The translations under genes were made by a program, and so were the position numbers. Under the pieces are notes generated by a model. The model did no database searches. It saw only the letters and a list, made by a program, of their open reading frames with translations, and was not told the DNA's origin. A stretch of 36,461 bases of DNA, from the IMG/VR virus record IMGVR_UViG_3300032301_000470, positions 1 through 36,461 of that record; one strand, given 5' to 3'. This DNA comes from a virus. Lineage: Duplodnaviria; Caudoviricetes. The stretch's first letter is position 1, and each line of letters opens with the position of its first letter. This document shows, piece after piece, positions 25,742 to 35,787 of this stretch.

Positions 25742-26995
25742 TTAATTAAATTGTACCGGGCCTTTAGTTTTAAGATAATCTAGTTGGGCCTTAGATTGTT
25801 GGGCTTCTGCTTCTTTACCTTGTAATTTTTTTTCTTGTATTGTCGAATCGGTACCTCTACCATCAAAATCATATTTGTATGTGGTAATATCATTTTGGGT
25901 TTCTGTTTTGTGATTTTCTATTATTTTCATACCAATTGATACATCTATAACCGATGGATACATAAATGTATCATTTGGGTCATCAAAATTCGATGGCCAA
26001 TTCGTATTATCTTCAATACTAAACGATAAACTTTCAATAAATCCAAATACATTTTTATACATATCACCAATTGATAAATAAACCAAATTTGGTGAAAATG
26101 CGTATTGAGATGATTGTGTATCATTACCATATTTTATTTCAGAAATTTCATCATATGGAAACGCCAATGATTTTAAATAGTTTACCTTTTTAACCATATT
26201 TAACTTCTGGCCATTAGTTAGATAATACAATTTTAAATTAAATTTTAAACTCCTTTCAACACCCATATATCTATTTACCTTAAATGGTGAACCCAAATAT
26301 CTAAAATTAGTCCATTCTGGTGTAATATCTTCACTCAATCCAGAAACAGTTCCTTCAAATGGTATTGTAGTTGATTTGCCATATTTTTTAAACAAAACTA
26401 ATACTTGATTTTTTCCTGTATGTTTTTCTATAAATTCAGTTAACTTATCCTCTTCAATTTTATCAACATCTTGAACTAAATCAATATCCCATTGTTTATT
26501 TATGTCTATGGTTTTTGAAAACTTATTCTTATTACTATATGTTTGTTCTTTTGGTTTTTTTAATGAGTCAGATAATTTTTTTAATCCTCCCTTTGTCACT
26601 GCATTGATTGCAAGATTGGCCGCCAAACCAGCTGGGTTTGATGCTCCTTGACTTAGTTGTGAAATTATAGAATTTGGGGCCGGTGATTGTTTTACAAAAT
26701 AATCCTTATTCGGTTCTATTACATTTTTTAATTGTTCTTGTGTTTTAAATAATGATACCGGTTTTGTAAATGGTAATTTATTATTAAAAATAGTATCCGA
26801 TGGTCTATTAGCAGAACCCTTCAATGCTCCACCTATTTGGTTACCAATTAAATCAGCTAAAGCACTTGGAGATGATGTAAGTAATGCCGCACCCCTTGGT
26901 GGATTGATTAAACCTCTACTTTCAATTATAGCGGTACCACTTAATCCGTATAAGTCTTTTTTTTGTGATTTGAATAAATCCTGTATTGTTGCCAT
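25742..26995 (-). CDS. Putative tail tube initiator / baseplate-tube junction protein
   Basis: Lies between the tape measure and LysM-like genes. FEGTVSGLSEDITPEW...YLG...Y...RSLKF...P...LSIGD...GFIESLSF...W pattern resembles tube-fold initiators. Confidence 0.6.
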   Translation of the reverse strand: MATIQDLFKSQKKDLYGLSGTAIIESRGLINPPRGAALLTSSPSALADLIGNQIGGALKGSANRPSDTIFNNKLPFTKPVSLFKTQEQLKNVIEPNKDYFVKQSPAPNSIISQLSQGASNPAGLAANLAINAVTKGGLKKLSDSLKKPKEQTYSNKNKFSKTIDINKQWDIDLVQDVDKIEEDKLTEFIEKHTGKNQVLVLFKKYGKSTTIPFEGTVSGLSEDITPEWTNFRYLGSPFKVNRYMGVERSLKFNLKLYYLTNGQKLNMVKKVNYLKSLAFPYDEISEIKYGNDTQSSQYAFSPNLVYLSIGDMYKNVFGFIESLSFSIEDNTNWPSNFDDPNDTFMYPSVIDVSIGMKIIENHKTETQNDITTYKYDFDGRGTDSTIQEKKLQGKEAEAQQSKAQLDYLKTKGPVQFN

Positions 26996-27016
26996 TTTAG
27001 AATAATACTATTTAGT

Positions 27017-27025
27017 TATAAATAT
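27017..27025 (-). promoter_or_regulatory. Putative late promoter motif ATATTTATA
   Basis: 21 nt upstream of the ATG at 26995. Confidence 0.6.
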
Positions 27026-27039
27026 CTTTATTCCAAATA

Positions 27040-29757
27040 TTATGTAGTTCTATTTATACCAAAGTTTCTACGTGCACTTGCTAATAAACCGGTTGCTAAT
27101 TTTTTTCCATTAAGACGAAGTTCTGGAGTAGTTTCTGTTGCAGTATTTTCAGTAATTTGATTTAAATATTGTGCATTAACTGCCAATAATGCAATCATTT
27201 CTATTTGTAATTTACTATTATATTGAGATTCAGTTAATGTTGCTTTTGCTTTTTCTGCTGCGATTTTTTGTGCTTCAACTTGCTTTTGTCCCATACTATT
27301 AATAGCGGTAACGGTTGGTTTTGAACCTAGTTCAATTGGTTTAGTCTGTGCTTCTACTGATGCTACCGTTGGTTTTACTGCTGGTGCACCTGTTTTTGTT
27401 TGTGTTACAGTTGGTTTTCCTGCTGGTACTCCGGGTTTTGTTTCGGTCACAGATGGTTTTGATGATTTCTTACCGGCTCCTGTAAAATAATCCGCTAATT
27501 TACTTCCTCCAATAGCACCTCCAACACCACCCAGTAATCCACCAATCAGTGCACCGGGTGCTGCACCTACTCCTCCAAATAATGCACCAATAGCTGCACC
27601 CGCCATAGCTCCACCTTTCGCACCAATAAGTCCACCTGCAACACTTCCACCCGCACCAGCAGCTGCTTGTGTAGTGGTTTGTCCTTCGTCTTTTCTATTT
27701 TTATAATCAAGTCCGGCCATTGCAACGGTAGCGACTGGGCCAATTACTTTTGCAAATTTACCAACAGATGCTAATTTTTCGGCTGATTTAAAAGCAGATG
27801 CTTCTGCTTTGGATACAATTTGTCCTTTTGCATTTCTAACCAATTGACTTGCACCTTCGCCTGTTTTTTTAAATCCTTCAAATTTGTTTGGCATACCAGA
27901 TAATCCACCTGGTAATTTTTTTGTTAAAAGACCACCAAGTCCTTGCATTGCTATAGCAGCCGTTAATGAAATGATAGCAGTCGTAAGACCTGTTTCTGCA
28001 TCTCTTAATGCTTCCAACTGTTTTATATTGTTGGTTTTATCTGCAATACCTCCTACATTTTTTATAAGAGCTTCTTGTCTTTGTACCTCTTCTTCCGTAT
28101 TTAACTTTGTAAGTTCAACTTGTGTATTTGCCGAAATCATTGCATTGGCAGCATTTAAAGTTGCCTCACGTGCTTGTACTGTTTGTAGAAATCCTTTATT
28201 TGCACCACCCGCACTTCCTTCTTTTAAATTACCACCACTTCTAGTAGTATTTTCTGTTATTTTTTGTATTGAGTTTAAATCCAATCCACCCAAAGCGTCT
28301 TGTAAAGCTTGTTGTTGGAACATATTCATATCCTTTGGATTTAAACCCAGAGATTTTAATGAACTCATTGCACCCTCATTATCACCTGACATAAACTTAG
28401 CTCTAACCTCAGATAAATTTACATTCTTACCAAGCATTGCTGATAAACTCATTTCGGCTTTAATACTATCTTTGTAGTTTAAAACCATATTTTTACCGGC
28501 TTTAGCTACATCATTAAAACTAACTCCCAATGATTTTGCAGCTATAACTTGTTTTGCTAATTGACTACTTCCTTTTATCTGATAACTTAATGCCTCCTTA
28601 GACGCTTCGGCAATTTCAGCCATAGCACTACCTAAATTCACACCGGCTTTATCAGCCATAGCTCTAATTCCTTCTTGTAAATTTAAAGCAGTTTTTCCAC
28701 TAACCTTATCTAACCTTTGAAAAATTTCATTTATGTTTGCAATGTTTTCCGTTGATTGCCCGGTTCTTTCGGCCATTATAGCCATACTCGCCGCCATATT
28801 ACCGGTTGGCATTTTACCAGTCGCATCGGATGCTGCTTGCATTGCTTCTGCTATTTTTTCAGCAGATATACCAGCCATTTGTAATTGTGCTGCACCATAT
28901 CCAACTCCACCTAAGCTTTTACCAAACAATGCAGTTTTAGATGCCGCTTGAAATGCTGCACCCATTTGAGCTACTTGACCTGAAAATTCAGCCATAGCTT
29001 TTGCAGCAACAAAGTTTTTACCGCCAAACATACCCATATCAATTTGCTGATTGAGTACATCAACTTCTCCACCAAGTTTTGCAATCTTTGCATCATACCC
29101 AGCTATGGTGGCCACCTTATTACCAAGTAAACCATAATTATATGCCATTCCGGCTAATACACCGGCCGCTATTGATAATGCATTTGTTAATCCTTTACCA
29201 CCACTTGCTGCCGATTTTAAAACATCTCCCAATTCACGAACACCTTCGACACCGGAACCACCAATATGGTCTACCGCATTTTCTATTCCCTCTAATCTTT
29301 TTTTACTTTTTTCCGCTGCATCTGCAAACGCATCTAATTCCTTTCCAGCTTCTTGGAAGGTTTTTATAGTTCTAGCGGCTGACCTATTACCACTATCAAT
29401 TTGGCTTACAATTTCTTTATAATTATTTCTAGCTTTTAAAATTAATTCGTTATATTCTTTTTGGGATATATCTCTCTTCTTATATTGTAATAATGCTTCG
29501 GCAATTGTTTTTTTAGATTCTTTATAAGCTTTTGCTGCGTTTTCTATTTGTTTTTTATGCTTTTGTTCTAAATCAGTAGCATGCTCAATTTTATCTGCAA
29601 TACTACTTACCAATGCCTTACTATCCTTTAAGTTTAGATTTATTCTTTTATAAATTTCATCTTGTTTACCTAATTGATTTGTAATACTATTAAGCACACC
29701 TTCGTACTCATCAAAGTTTTTTAAATCCGCTTTACTTATTGGTGTGTTTTTTGCCAT
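27040..29757 (-). CDS. Tape measure protein
   Basis: 905 aa, Ala/Gly-rich and helical, with a coiled-coil N-terminus and hydrophobic Gly-zipper segments; canonical position after the tube and chaperone genes. Confidence 0.85.
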   Translation of the reverse strand: MAKNTPISKADLKNFDEYEGVLNSITNQLGKQDEIYKRINLNLKDSKALVSSIADKIEHATDLEQKHKKQIENAAKAYKESKKTIAEALLQYKKRDISQKEYNELILKARNNYKEIVSQIDSGNRSAARTIKTFQEAGKELDAFADAAEKSKKRLEGIENAVDHIGGSGVEGVRELGDVLKSAASGGKGLTNALSIAAGVLAGMAYNYGLLGNKVATIAGYDAKIAKLGGEVDVLNQQIDMGMFGGKNFVAAKAMAEFSGQVAQMGAAFQAASKTALFGKSLGGVGYGAAQLQMAGISAEKIAEAMQAASDATGKMPTGNMAASMAIMAERTGQSTENIANINEIFQRLDKVSGKTALNLQEGIRAMADKAGVNLGSAMAEIAEASKEALSYQIKGSSQLAKQVIAAKSLGVSFNDVAKAGKNMVLNYKDSIKAEMSLSAMLGKNVNLSEVRAKFMSGDNEGAMSSLKSLGLNPKDMNMFQQQALQDALGGLDLNSIQKITENTTRSGGNLKEGSAGGANKGFLQTVQAREATLNAANAMISANTQVELTKLNTEEEVQRQEALIKNVGGIADKTNNIKQLEALRDAETGLTTAIISLTAAIAMQGLGGLLTKKLPGGLSGMPNKFEGFKKTGEGASQLVRNAKGQIVSKAEASAFKSAEKLASVGKFAKVIGPVATVAMAGLDYKNRKDEGQTTTQAAAGAGGSVAGGLIGAKGGAMAGAAIGALFGGVGAAPGALIGGLLGGVGGAIGGSKLADYFTGAGKKSSKPSVTETKPGVPAGKPTVTQTKTGAPAVKPTVASVEAQTKPIELGSKPTVTAINSMGQKQVEAQKIAAEKAKATLTESQYNSKLQIEMIALLAVNAQYLNQITENTATETTPELRLNGKKLATGLLASARRNFGINRTT

Positions 29758-29765
29758 TATACTGA

Positions 29766-30014
29766 TTAATTAAATCTCTTTAATCTGGCATCTAATTCTT
29801 TGGTAGAAATTCCACTAGCTTTTAAATCTTCTTTGGATGCACGTAATGCGGCTTCCATATGTTTATCGACACTATCCCATGCTTTTGCTAAAGTCGGGTC
29901 TTTTTCTTTCATTTTGGATAAAAATCTATCACTTTTATTTTCAGCCTTTGCTTTAATAAATAGTCCTAATAATTTATCAATAATGGTATTTTCCGAAAGA
30001 ATATTTTTAGACAT
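29766..30014 (-). CDS. Hypothetical protein (82 aa)
   Basis: Has its own ATATTTATA motif 22 nt upstream; N-terminal ILSE. Confidence 0.7.
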   Translation of the reverse strand: MSKNILSENTIIDKLLGLFIKAKAENKSDRFLSKMKEKDPTLAKAWDSVDKHMEAALRASKEDLKASGISTKELDARLKRFN

Positions 30015-30036
30015 CTTTATATTATTATATTTCTAT

Positions 30037-30045
30037 TATAAATAT
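30037..30045 (-). promoter_or_regulatory. Putative late promoter motif ATATTTATA
   Basis: Upstream of 30014 and the tape measure gene. Confidence 0.6.
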
Positions 30046-30276
30046 TATCTTCTTTTAGTTTTAGATGAATTAGACTTATTTGCAGAAGTATTTACTTTAT
30101 CAATTTGTTCCTTTTCTTCTTCTTTTGCTTTTAAAAGTTCTCTCCAATAGAAATCTCTAAGTTTAATCGGCATAAAATAAACATCATGCCAATTGAATCC
30201 ACCATTGGCATAATATATCATTTGAAAAAGCTTTTGATGTAATGTTACTGCGTAATTAATCGGTAGGGTAAAAAAA
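30045..30276 (-). CDS. Tail assembly chaperone C-terminal ORF (gpT-like), probably reached by a frameshift at the T7 run; alternative ATG at 30221
   Basis: FFTLPINY...GGFNWHDVYFMPIKLRDFYWRELLKAKEEE lies in the +1 frame, overlapping the end of 30256..31074. Confidence 0.65.
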
Positions 30277-31074
30277 GTCAACCCCGAATGGGATTCGGAG
30301 AGCCTCCTTCTCACCGGTAAATGGAGATTCATAATCAAATGTTAAATCCAAATCGGGAGTTATTTCTGCCATATACTTTCGTAAACCTTTCGAATCACCA
30401 GCTAATAATCTATTACTAACAAAATTACTGATATATCCTAAATCTCTATTACCATCCACTTCTACAATAACTCTTCTGTATCGTGCTGTGATTTCGTTAC
30501 TTTGTTTTAAGGTTTTTTCCGATGCTTCTACATCTTTTGCAATTGCAACCTCATCACCATGTGTCAACAATTTAAATTTTATCGGAGTTTTAGAAATAGG
30601 TAAAGTATATTCGTATTCATTTTTTCTATTTAACTTACTATCATCTATTTCTTTAATTTGAATTTTAGATAAATCCACTATAACTTTAACAGGTTCGTTT
30701 TCATTTGGGTCATTTATAGTTATTTCGTATTCAGGCCCAAATGCTAATACCCTTGATGATACCAATAATGCGTTTTTGTCACCAATTAATAAATCGTTTG
30801 GTGATACACCCGGCTCAATTAATACCGATTCCATCAATTTATCAATATGTATTCCTTTTTTAATAAGGTTAGTAGAAGTAAGAATATCTTCTTCTTTAGC
30901 TGTCATTAATTTGATAGTAATTTCTCCTTTAGCTAATGGAGAATTTTCTGGATAACATAATCCCTTTGATGGTAAACCAATAATTTCAGTTGGAAATGGA
31001 TAATTTTTTTGGTCAGTTGATTGATGTGCTCCCAGTCCTCTAGTAACTTGTTGTTCTACATTTTGTTGTTCCAT
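30256..31074 (-). CDS. Tail/baseplate assembly chaperone (T4 gp26-like / gpG-like)
   Basis: LPSKGLCYP...MTAKEEDIL...LLIGD...R...FG...PDLDL...FF; located between the tube and tape measure genes. Confidence 0.75.
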   Translation of the reverse strand: MEQQNVEQQVTRGLGAHQSTDQKNYPFPTEIIGLPSKGLCYPENSPLAKGEITIKLMTAKEEDILTSTNLIKKGIHIDKLMESVLIEPGVSPNDLLIGDKNALLVSSRVLAFGPEYEITINDPNENEPVKVIVDLSKIQIKEIDDSKLNRKNEYEYTLPISKTPIKFKLLTHGDEVAIAKDVEASEKTLKQSNEITARYRRVIVEVDGNRDLGYISNFVSNRLLAGDSKGLRKYMAEITPDLDLTFDYESPFTGEKEALRIPFGVDFFYPTD

Positions 31075-31120
31075 AATATAACTTTTGTGTTTATTATATA
31101 TATTATGTTTTTAAAAAAAT

Positions 31121-31150
31121 AAAAAAGGGATACTTTGTGGGTATCCCTTT
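31121..31150 (-). terminator. Rho-independent terminator downstream of the tail tube gene
   Basis: Minus strand reads AAAGGGATAC-CCACAAA-GTATCCCTTT followed by a T-rich tract. Confidence 0.85.
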
Positions 31151-31170
31151 CTTTTATAATTTTATTTAGA

Positions 31171-31659
31171 TTAGTATTCTAAAATAGCGTAATCATATGA
31201 TAATGTTAATTCAATTGACAACGGGTCGTTTGATGCCCAATCCAATTCACCAAAGTTTGCTGATGTGATAAATGCTCCTTTTAAAGTCCATTGTTCTATT
31301 TTATCACCAACTGGCCCTAGTAAGAAGAATGTAACATCTTTCTTATAGAAAGCAGCGTATCCATCTCTACCTGTTAATGACTCATGTGATTGTCTAACCC
31401 ACTCCATAACTTGTTGTGCACCTGATGGTACAATTGGGTCATAAAGAGTGATAGTAACATCATCCCATGTAGATTTTCCTTTTAATTTTCTTTTTACATT
31501 GATATGGTCTAATTCAACTACTTCCGATGTGAATGTAGGTCTATTTGCAGTTTTGATGATATATGATTCTATACCATTTATTTCCATAATGAATCTATTC
31601 CCCATTTTAGGTTCAAAATTCTTATAGAACATTTTATCAAACTCTAATATTTCTGGCAT
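31171..31659 (-). CDS. Tail tube protein (T4 gp19-like)
   Basis: FEPK..NRF...RP...GKSTWDDVTITLYD...WV...YKKD...QWTLKGAF...FGELDW...LTLSYDY; directly after the sheath. Confidence 0.93.
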   Translation of the reverse strand: MPEILEFDKMFYKNFEPKMGNRFIMEINGIESYIIKTANRPTFTSEVVELDHINVKRKLKGKSTWDDVTITLYDPIVPSGAQQVMEWVRQSHESLTGRDGYAAFYKKDVTFFLLGPVGDKIEQWTLKGAFITSANFGELDWASNDPLSIELTLSYDYAILEY

Positions 31660-31684
31660 TTTACTTTATTTTTTAATTCTTTTA

Positions 31685-31693
31685 TATAAATAT
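31685..31693 (-). promoter_or_regulatory. Putative late promoter motif ATATTTATA
   Basis: 25 nt upstream of the tube ATG. Confidence 0.6.
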
Positions 31694-31705
31694 CTGTTTT
31701 CTAAA

Positions 31706-33970
31706 TTATCCGTTAAATGCTGCTCCAGTTGGTAAGATGTTGAAATCGATTTGAATAAATTCAGCGGTCTTAGTTGGTTGTAAGTAGATAGCTCCTTTCA
31801 TAATGTTTCTATCAATTACATCTGGTGTGTTATTAGATTCATCCATTACAACACGGAATGCGTACAAACCTTGTCTTTGTTGAATTGATTCTAAATAAGG
31901 GTTAACGATATTTAAGAATCTATTTCTTGTTTCAGAAGTATTTTGTTCAAATACTAAATATCTTGAAGTAGATGCGATATATTTTCTTACAGTTAATAAC
32001 AATCTTCTTACGTTGATTCTATCTAATGCAGATGGTTTGTCTTGTAATGTCTTTTGTCCGAATACTACAATACCTTGTCCTGGGAATTGTACGATTGGAT
32101 TTACTTTACCTTCGTATAAATCATCTTTTTCAGATTGAGTTAATCTATTTAATACACTAACTGCTCCTACCAATCCACCTCTATTTAAACCAGCTGGTGC
32201 GAACCATTCTGCTGCTACTCTATCGTTTGCTGCGAATACGCCAGGTAATAATACTGATGGTGGAACTGTAATTAATTTATTTGTGTTTACATCAATTGTT
32301 TTAATCCAAGGATAGTAAGTTGCTACCATATTTGAATCGATTTGTGATGCGTTGTAGTAACTTGGAGATAATGCAATTGCTTTTGTATCATCTGCTGCAG
32401 TTGTATCTAAAATATAAAAACAATCGTTTCTTTGTTCAACCATATCTAAAACAGATGTTGCAACTGAAGAGTGCAATCTACTAATAACACCTGGAGTTAT
32501 TACCATATTAATATCATATTCGTCAGAATTAGATAATGCTGAAATATGTTTACCATATGCTACTGAACCTGAAGATAATGCAGTTGTTAAATTAAAACCC
32601 TGTGAGTTACCTGCTGTAATATTTGCTCCGGTATAAATTGGAGTTGCTGGATTCATACCATCAAAACCTTCTTGAAATGCTACTACGAATTGTGCTAAAG
32701 AAGAACCTACTGATAATGTACCACCATTTGCTGAATCTAATCCAAATACTGAATTAGAACCCACACCCGCTCCTGTTGGAATTGGTTTTAAATAGATTGT
32801 GTTATCGGTATTGAAATCTAAATCGATACCACCATATTGTGCTGCTGATGCAGTTATGAATGATACAGACGGAACTAATGCTCCAATACCAGCCGATGCT
32901 GAAATTGGTAGTGTATATGCTGCGTGTCCAAATGGTACGGCTTGTACAGGTGCTGATGTATTTAAGTATTGAATTCTAATATACTTAGAATTATTAACCC
33001 AATCACCCGTTTCAGTCATCTTACCATCATCTCCAATAGTTAATTTTCTATCACCGATTACTCTACTAATATAGTTTGGTGAGTTAGGGTCTAAGTTTAC
33101 ATTAGAATAAGTTTCTAGTACGTTCCTTTTCTTATTCGTATCAGCAAAATCTCTAACAACAATAGTGAATGTACCATAATCAGTACCATTTACACTACCA
33201 GCTGCTTTAATATTTGTGATACCTATTTTTACTTTTGTATTTGCAGAATTACCAGCACCTATTGTTTCAAATTGGAATAAATCAAATCTGTCACCAGAAA
33301 TAGTTTGAGATTTAATCATTGGAGTCAATGCTTCTTGTGCATCAAATGTAAATAATTGGTCATCCAATATTGTTAAAGAAGATGATGTAGCTCCTACAAA
33401 TGGAACGTTATGATTTTTAAAGAAACCATATACATATGCACCTTTAGAACCTAATGGAGATGTTCCAAATGTTGATTCAATGTCATTTATATCTTCAGAA
33501 TCTAATGAAGATGTTCCACTAAAATTAGTTGAACCTGTAATAAAGATTGTAAAATCTCCACTTCCTAAACTACCAGTTACAGTAGTTGCGGCTGAACCAC
33601 TCAATCCAGTTGTTAATGTATTTTTATCCGTTGGGAATAAAATACCAACCGAAGCGGATACGGACGAAGAAGCTACTGTTAATAGTAAAGGATTGTATGC
33701 AGTATATCCACCAACACCTGCTACTCTACAAATAGTTGCAGTTCCCGCTTCTCTTAAATAATTTTGTACTGCTAATGGAGTATAATATGTTCCATCAGCT
33801 ACTCCAAATAATTGTTCGAATTCAGCTTGTGAATTTACGATTGTTGGTACTAATGGGCCTTCTAAGAAAGGGCCAATAAATGCTGCGCCTATTTCTGCTA
33901 CACCTTGTTGTAAGAATGAAAGGTCGTTTTCTTTTGTGAAAACACCTGGTGATACCATTTTTTCTGCCAT
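31706..33970 (-). CDS. Contractile tail sheath protein (T4 gp18-like)
   Basis: SPGVFTKEND, YYPW, VPPS, WFAPAGLNRG, VNPI, GQKTLQ, DRINVRRL, FEQN and PTKTAEFI. Confidence 0.97.
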   Translation of the reverse strand: MAEKMVSPGVFTKENDLSFLQQGVAEIGAAFIGPFLEGPLVPTIVNSQAEFEQLFGVADGTYYTPLAVQNYLREAGTATICRVAGVGGYTAYNPLLLTVASSSVSASVGILFPTDKNTLTTGLSGSAATTVTGSLGSGDFTIFITGSTNFSGTSSLDSEDINDIESTFGTSPLGSKGAYVYGFFKNHNVPFVGATSSSLTILDDQLFTFDAQEALTPMIKSQTISGDRFDLFQFETIGAGNSANTKVKIGITNIKAAGSVNGTDYGTFTIVVRDFADTNKKRNVLETYSNVNLDPNSPNYISRVIGDRKLTIGDDGKMTETGDWVNNSKYIRIQYLNTSAPVQAVPFGHAAYTLPISASAGIGALVPSVSFITASAAQYGGIDLDFNTDNTIYLKPIPTGAGVGSNSVFGLDSANGGTLSVGSSLAQFVVAFQEGFDGMNPATPIYTGANITAGNSQGFNLTTALSSGSVAYGKHISALSNSDEYDINMVITPGVISRLHSSVATSVLDMVEQRNDCFYILDTTAADDTKAIALSPSYYNASQIDSNMVATYYPWIKTIDVNTNKLITVPPSVLLPGVFAANDRVAAEWFAPAGLNRGGLVGAVSVLNRLTQSEKDDLYEGKVNPIVQFPGQGIVVFGQKTLQDKPSALDRINVRRLLLTVRKYIASTSRYLVFEQNTSETRNRFLNIVNPYLESIQQRQGLYAFRVVMDESNNTPDVIDRNIMKGAIYLQPTKTAEFIQIDFNILPTGAAFNG

Positions 33971-34005
33971 TTTATATACTTTAATTTAAATTTATTAGTT
34001 CTCAA

Positions 34006-34014
34006 TATAAATAT
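34006..34014 (-). promoter_or_regulatory. Putative late promoter motif ATATTTATA
   Basis: 35 nt upstream of the sheath ATG. Confidence 0.6.
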
Positions 34015-34042
34015 AAAATTTTCAATCAAAACAACAAAAATC

Positions 34043-35776
34043 TTATTTGTATGTCGGAGAGAAATAATCGTATACTTGTCCTACCGATGTTGCGTTTTGT
34101 AATGTGTTATAAAACAATACTGGTCCGATTTGTCCATTCCAAAATGATGTTCTAGCACTATTTGAACCTATTGTTACATAGTTAGTAGATGCAGGTGCAG
34201 TAAACGCCGATGCTGAGAATGTACCAACTGATGTTTTATCTACATAAACTGTTACAGTTCCAGATGGTTGGAATGTTACTGAAATCATATACCAAACGTT
34301 TGCTGATAATGAAGTCGTTAATTGTGCACTATTACCTAATGTACTACCATAGAATTTAACTCTATCTAATGCCGAATTATTAGTTGATTCAATTGCTAAA
34401 CCATAAAAACCTGCATAGTCAAAAATGTGTCTTGTAGATGTTCCCAATGTTGTTGTAGGTCTTACCCACATATGAATTGTACCCGTATTAGTATTGAATT
34501 GAGAAATACCACCATTTATATTTGATGCAGTATCTTTATAAAATAAATCACCACCATCAAAAGAATAATATCTTTCTTTTCTACTTGCACCATTATTATA
34601 TGATGGGTTTGAACTTGCTAACGATAATGGAGATTGTGCTCCTGGTCTAACACCCGTACCATATCCTGTCAAATCTAATAAATCTACAGTTGGAGTTCCA
34701 GTTGCTGGTAATGAACCGGCTCCAAATGATGCGGTCTTAGTTGGGTCTAAATACATTCTTAATCCACTTGCAGGAATAGAAGGTTGTGTAGTTGTTCCTT
34801 TGTTATGTGATATTAAACCATTTGAAATATATACATCGGCATTTTCCACATTTACAGTTACGATTTCAACATTTTCTGTTACGATTTCAATATTAGTAAC
34901 TTCCACTTCAGTTTCATCTTGCATTACCAATTTGTCTCCAGGTAATATATCACCTACATTCTTAAATTTATATTTACCAATCTCATTATCGTAAACATAT
35001 AGTGGGTGAGTTTCAGTTGCTTTAATTAAACCATTGTTAAGTGAGAAATACCCTTCTGCAAAGTTAAAAGTTAAATCACTAACTATTACGTTTTGTGCAG
35101 AACCTGATAAAATTTCCGAATGATAAAATCTCCATTCAACTTGGTCACTTTCTGTGTCTTGAGATTCATCAGGTAATCCTGCTGGCACCCAAGATTTAAT
35201 TTCATCTCCAACATTCAAATCTTCAACATTTATCATTGTACCATTTGCCAATTCGATTTGTGTACCGAATAACAAACAAAAATCTGGTTGGTTAATTGTA
35301 TTGTATACATCTACTGCGTATAATATTTTTGTAGATGTACTATTATAATTTGTTGCTGCCAAATTGTATCCATCTGCATATGTCATTGACAAAGTAGATT
35401 GAGCTTCGGAATAGTTTGATGCGTTTATTGCTGCGGGTGTAATTGGAAACGATGGAGATGCTCCTAATGTCGGAGAACCTACTGAAAAGTTTGCATTATT
35501 AAATGTTACTGAATAATTTGCAGCTACACTACCAACTCTAGTTCCATGTAAAGAACCAGCTGAACCAAATGAAAAGGTTGCTGTTTCAGATGTACTTTCT
35601 ACTATATATGTAAAAGTTGGTTGATTTATTGTTATAGAATCAACTGCAAATTCTATCATAGATGCGGCGGTTCCTGCTGATGCGTTCATAGCATTTAACG
35701 AAACGGCTTGACTAGTTCTTACTGAACCTTGTGTTGCTCTAAATAAGTTTCCTAATGATAAGTTTGTCCTCGGCAT
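34043..35776 (-). CDS. Virion-associated protein: Ser/Thr/Ala-rich N-terminus, Hint (intein-like) domain, C-terminal LamG/ConA-like domain
   Basis: Hint: CLLFGTQIELANG...VEDLNVGD...TETHP...NVENADVYISNGLISHN. LamG-like: TIHMWVRP...WYMISVTF...VYVD...TIG...FWNGQIG...YN..Q....V...Y. Confidence 0.85.
   Translation of the reverse strand: MPRTNLSLGNLFRATQGSVRTSQAVSLNAMNASAGTAASMIEFAVDSITINQPTFTYIVESTSETATFSFGSAGSLHGTRVGSVAANYSVTFNNANFSVGSPTLGASPSFPITPAAINASNYSEAQSTLSMTYADGYNLAATNYNSTSTKILYAVDVYNTINQPDFCLLFGTQIELANGTMINVEDLNVGDEIKSWVPAGLPDESQDTESDQVEWRFYHSEILSGSAQNVIVSDLTFNFAEGYFSLNNGLIKATETHPLYVYDNEIGKYKFKNVGDILPGDKLVMQDETEVEVTNIEIVTENVEIVTVNVENADVYISNGLISHNKGTTTQPSIPASGLRMYLDPTKTASFGAGSLPATGTPTVDLLDLTGYGTGVRPGAQSPLSLASSNPSYNNGASRKERYYSFDGGDLFYKDTASNINGGISQFNTNTGTIHMWVRPTTTLGTSTRHIFDYAGFYGLAIESTNNSALDRVKFYGSTLGNSAQLTTSLSANVWYMISVTFQPSGTVTVYVDKTSVGTFSASAFTAPASTNYVTIGSNSARTSFWNGQIGPVLFYNTLQNATSVGQVYDYFSPTYK
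34802..35278 (-). other. Hint domain (Cys167-Asn325, 159 aa), without a homing endonuclease
   Basis: N-terminal Cys, block B TxxH (TETH) and terminal His-Asn followed by Lys. Confidence 0.85.
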
Positions 35777-35787
35777 AGTATAAAGTG

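Noticed and set aside
25945-26130. 61-aa nested minus-strand ORF
   Set aside because: It lies fully inside 25742..26995 in another frame with no supporting signals.
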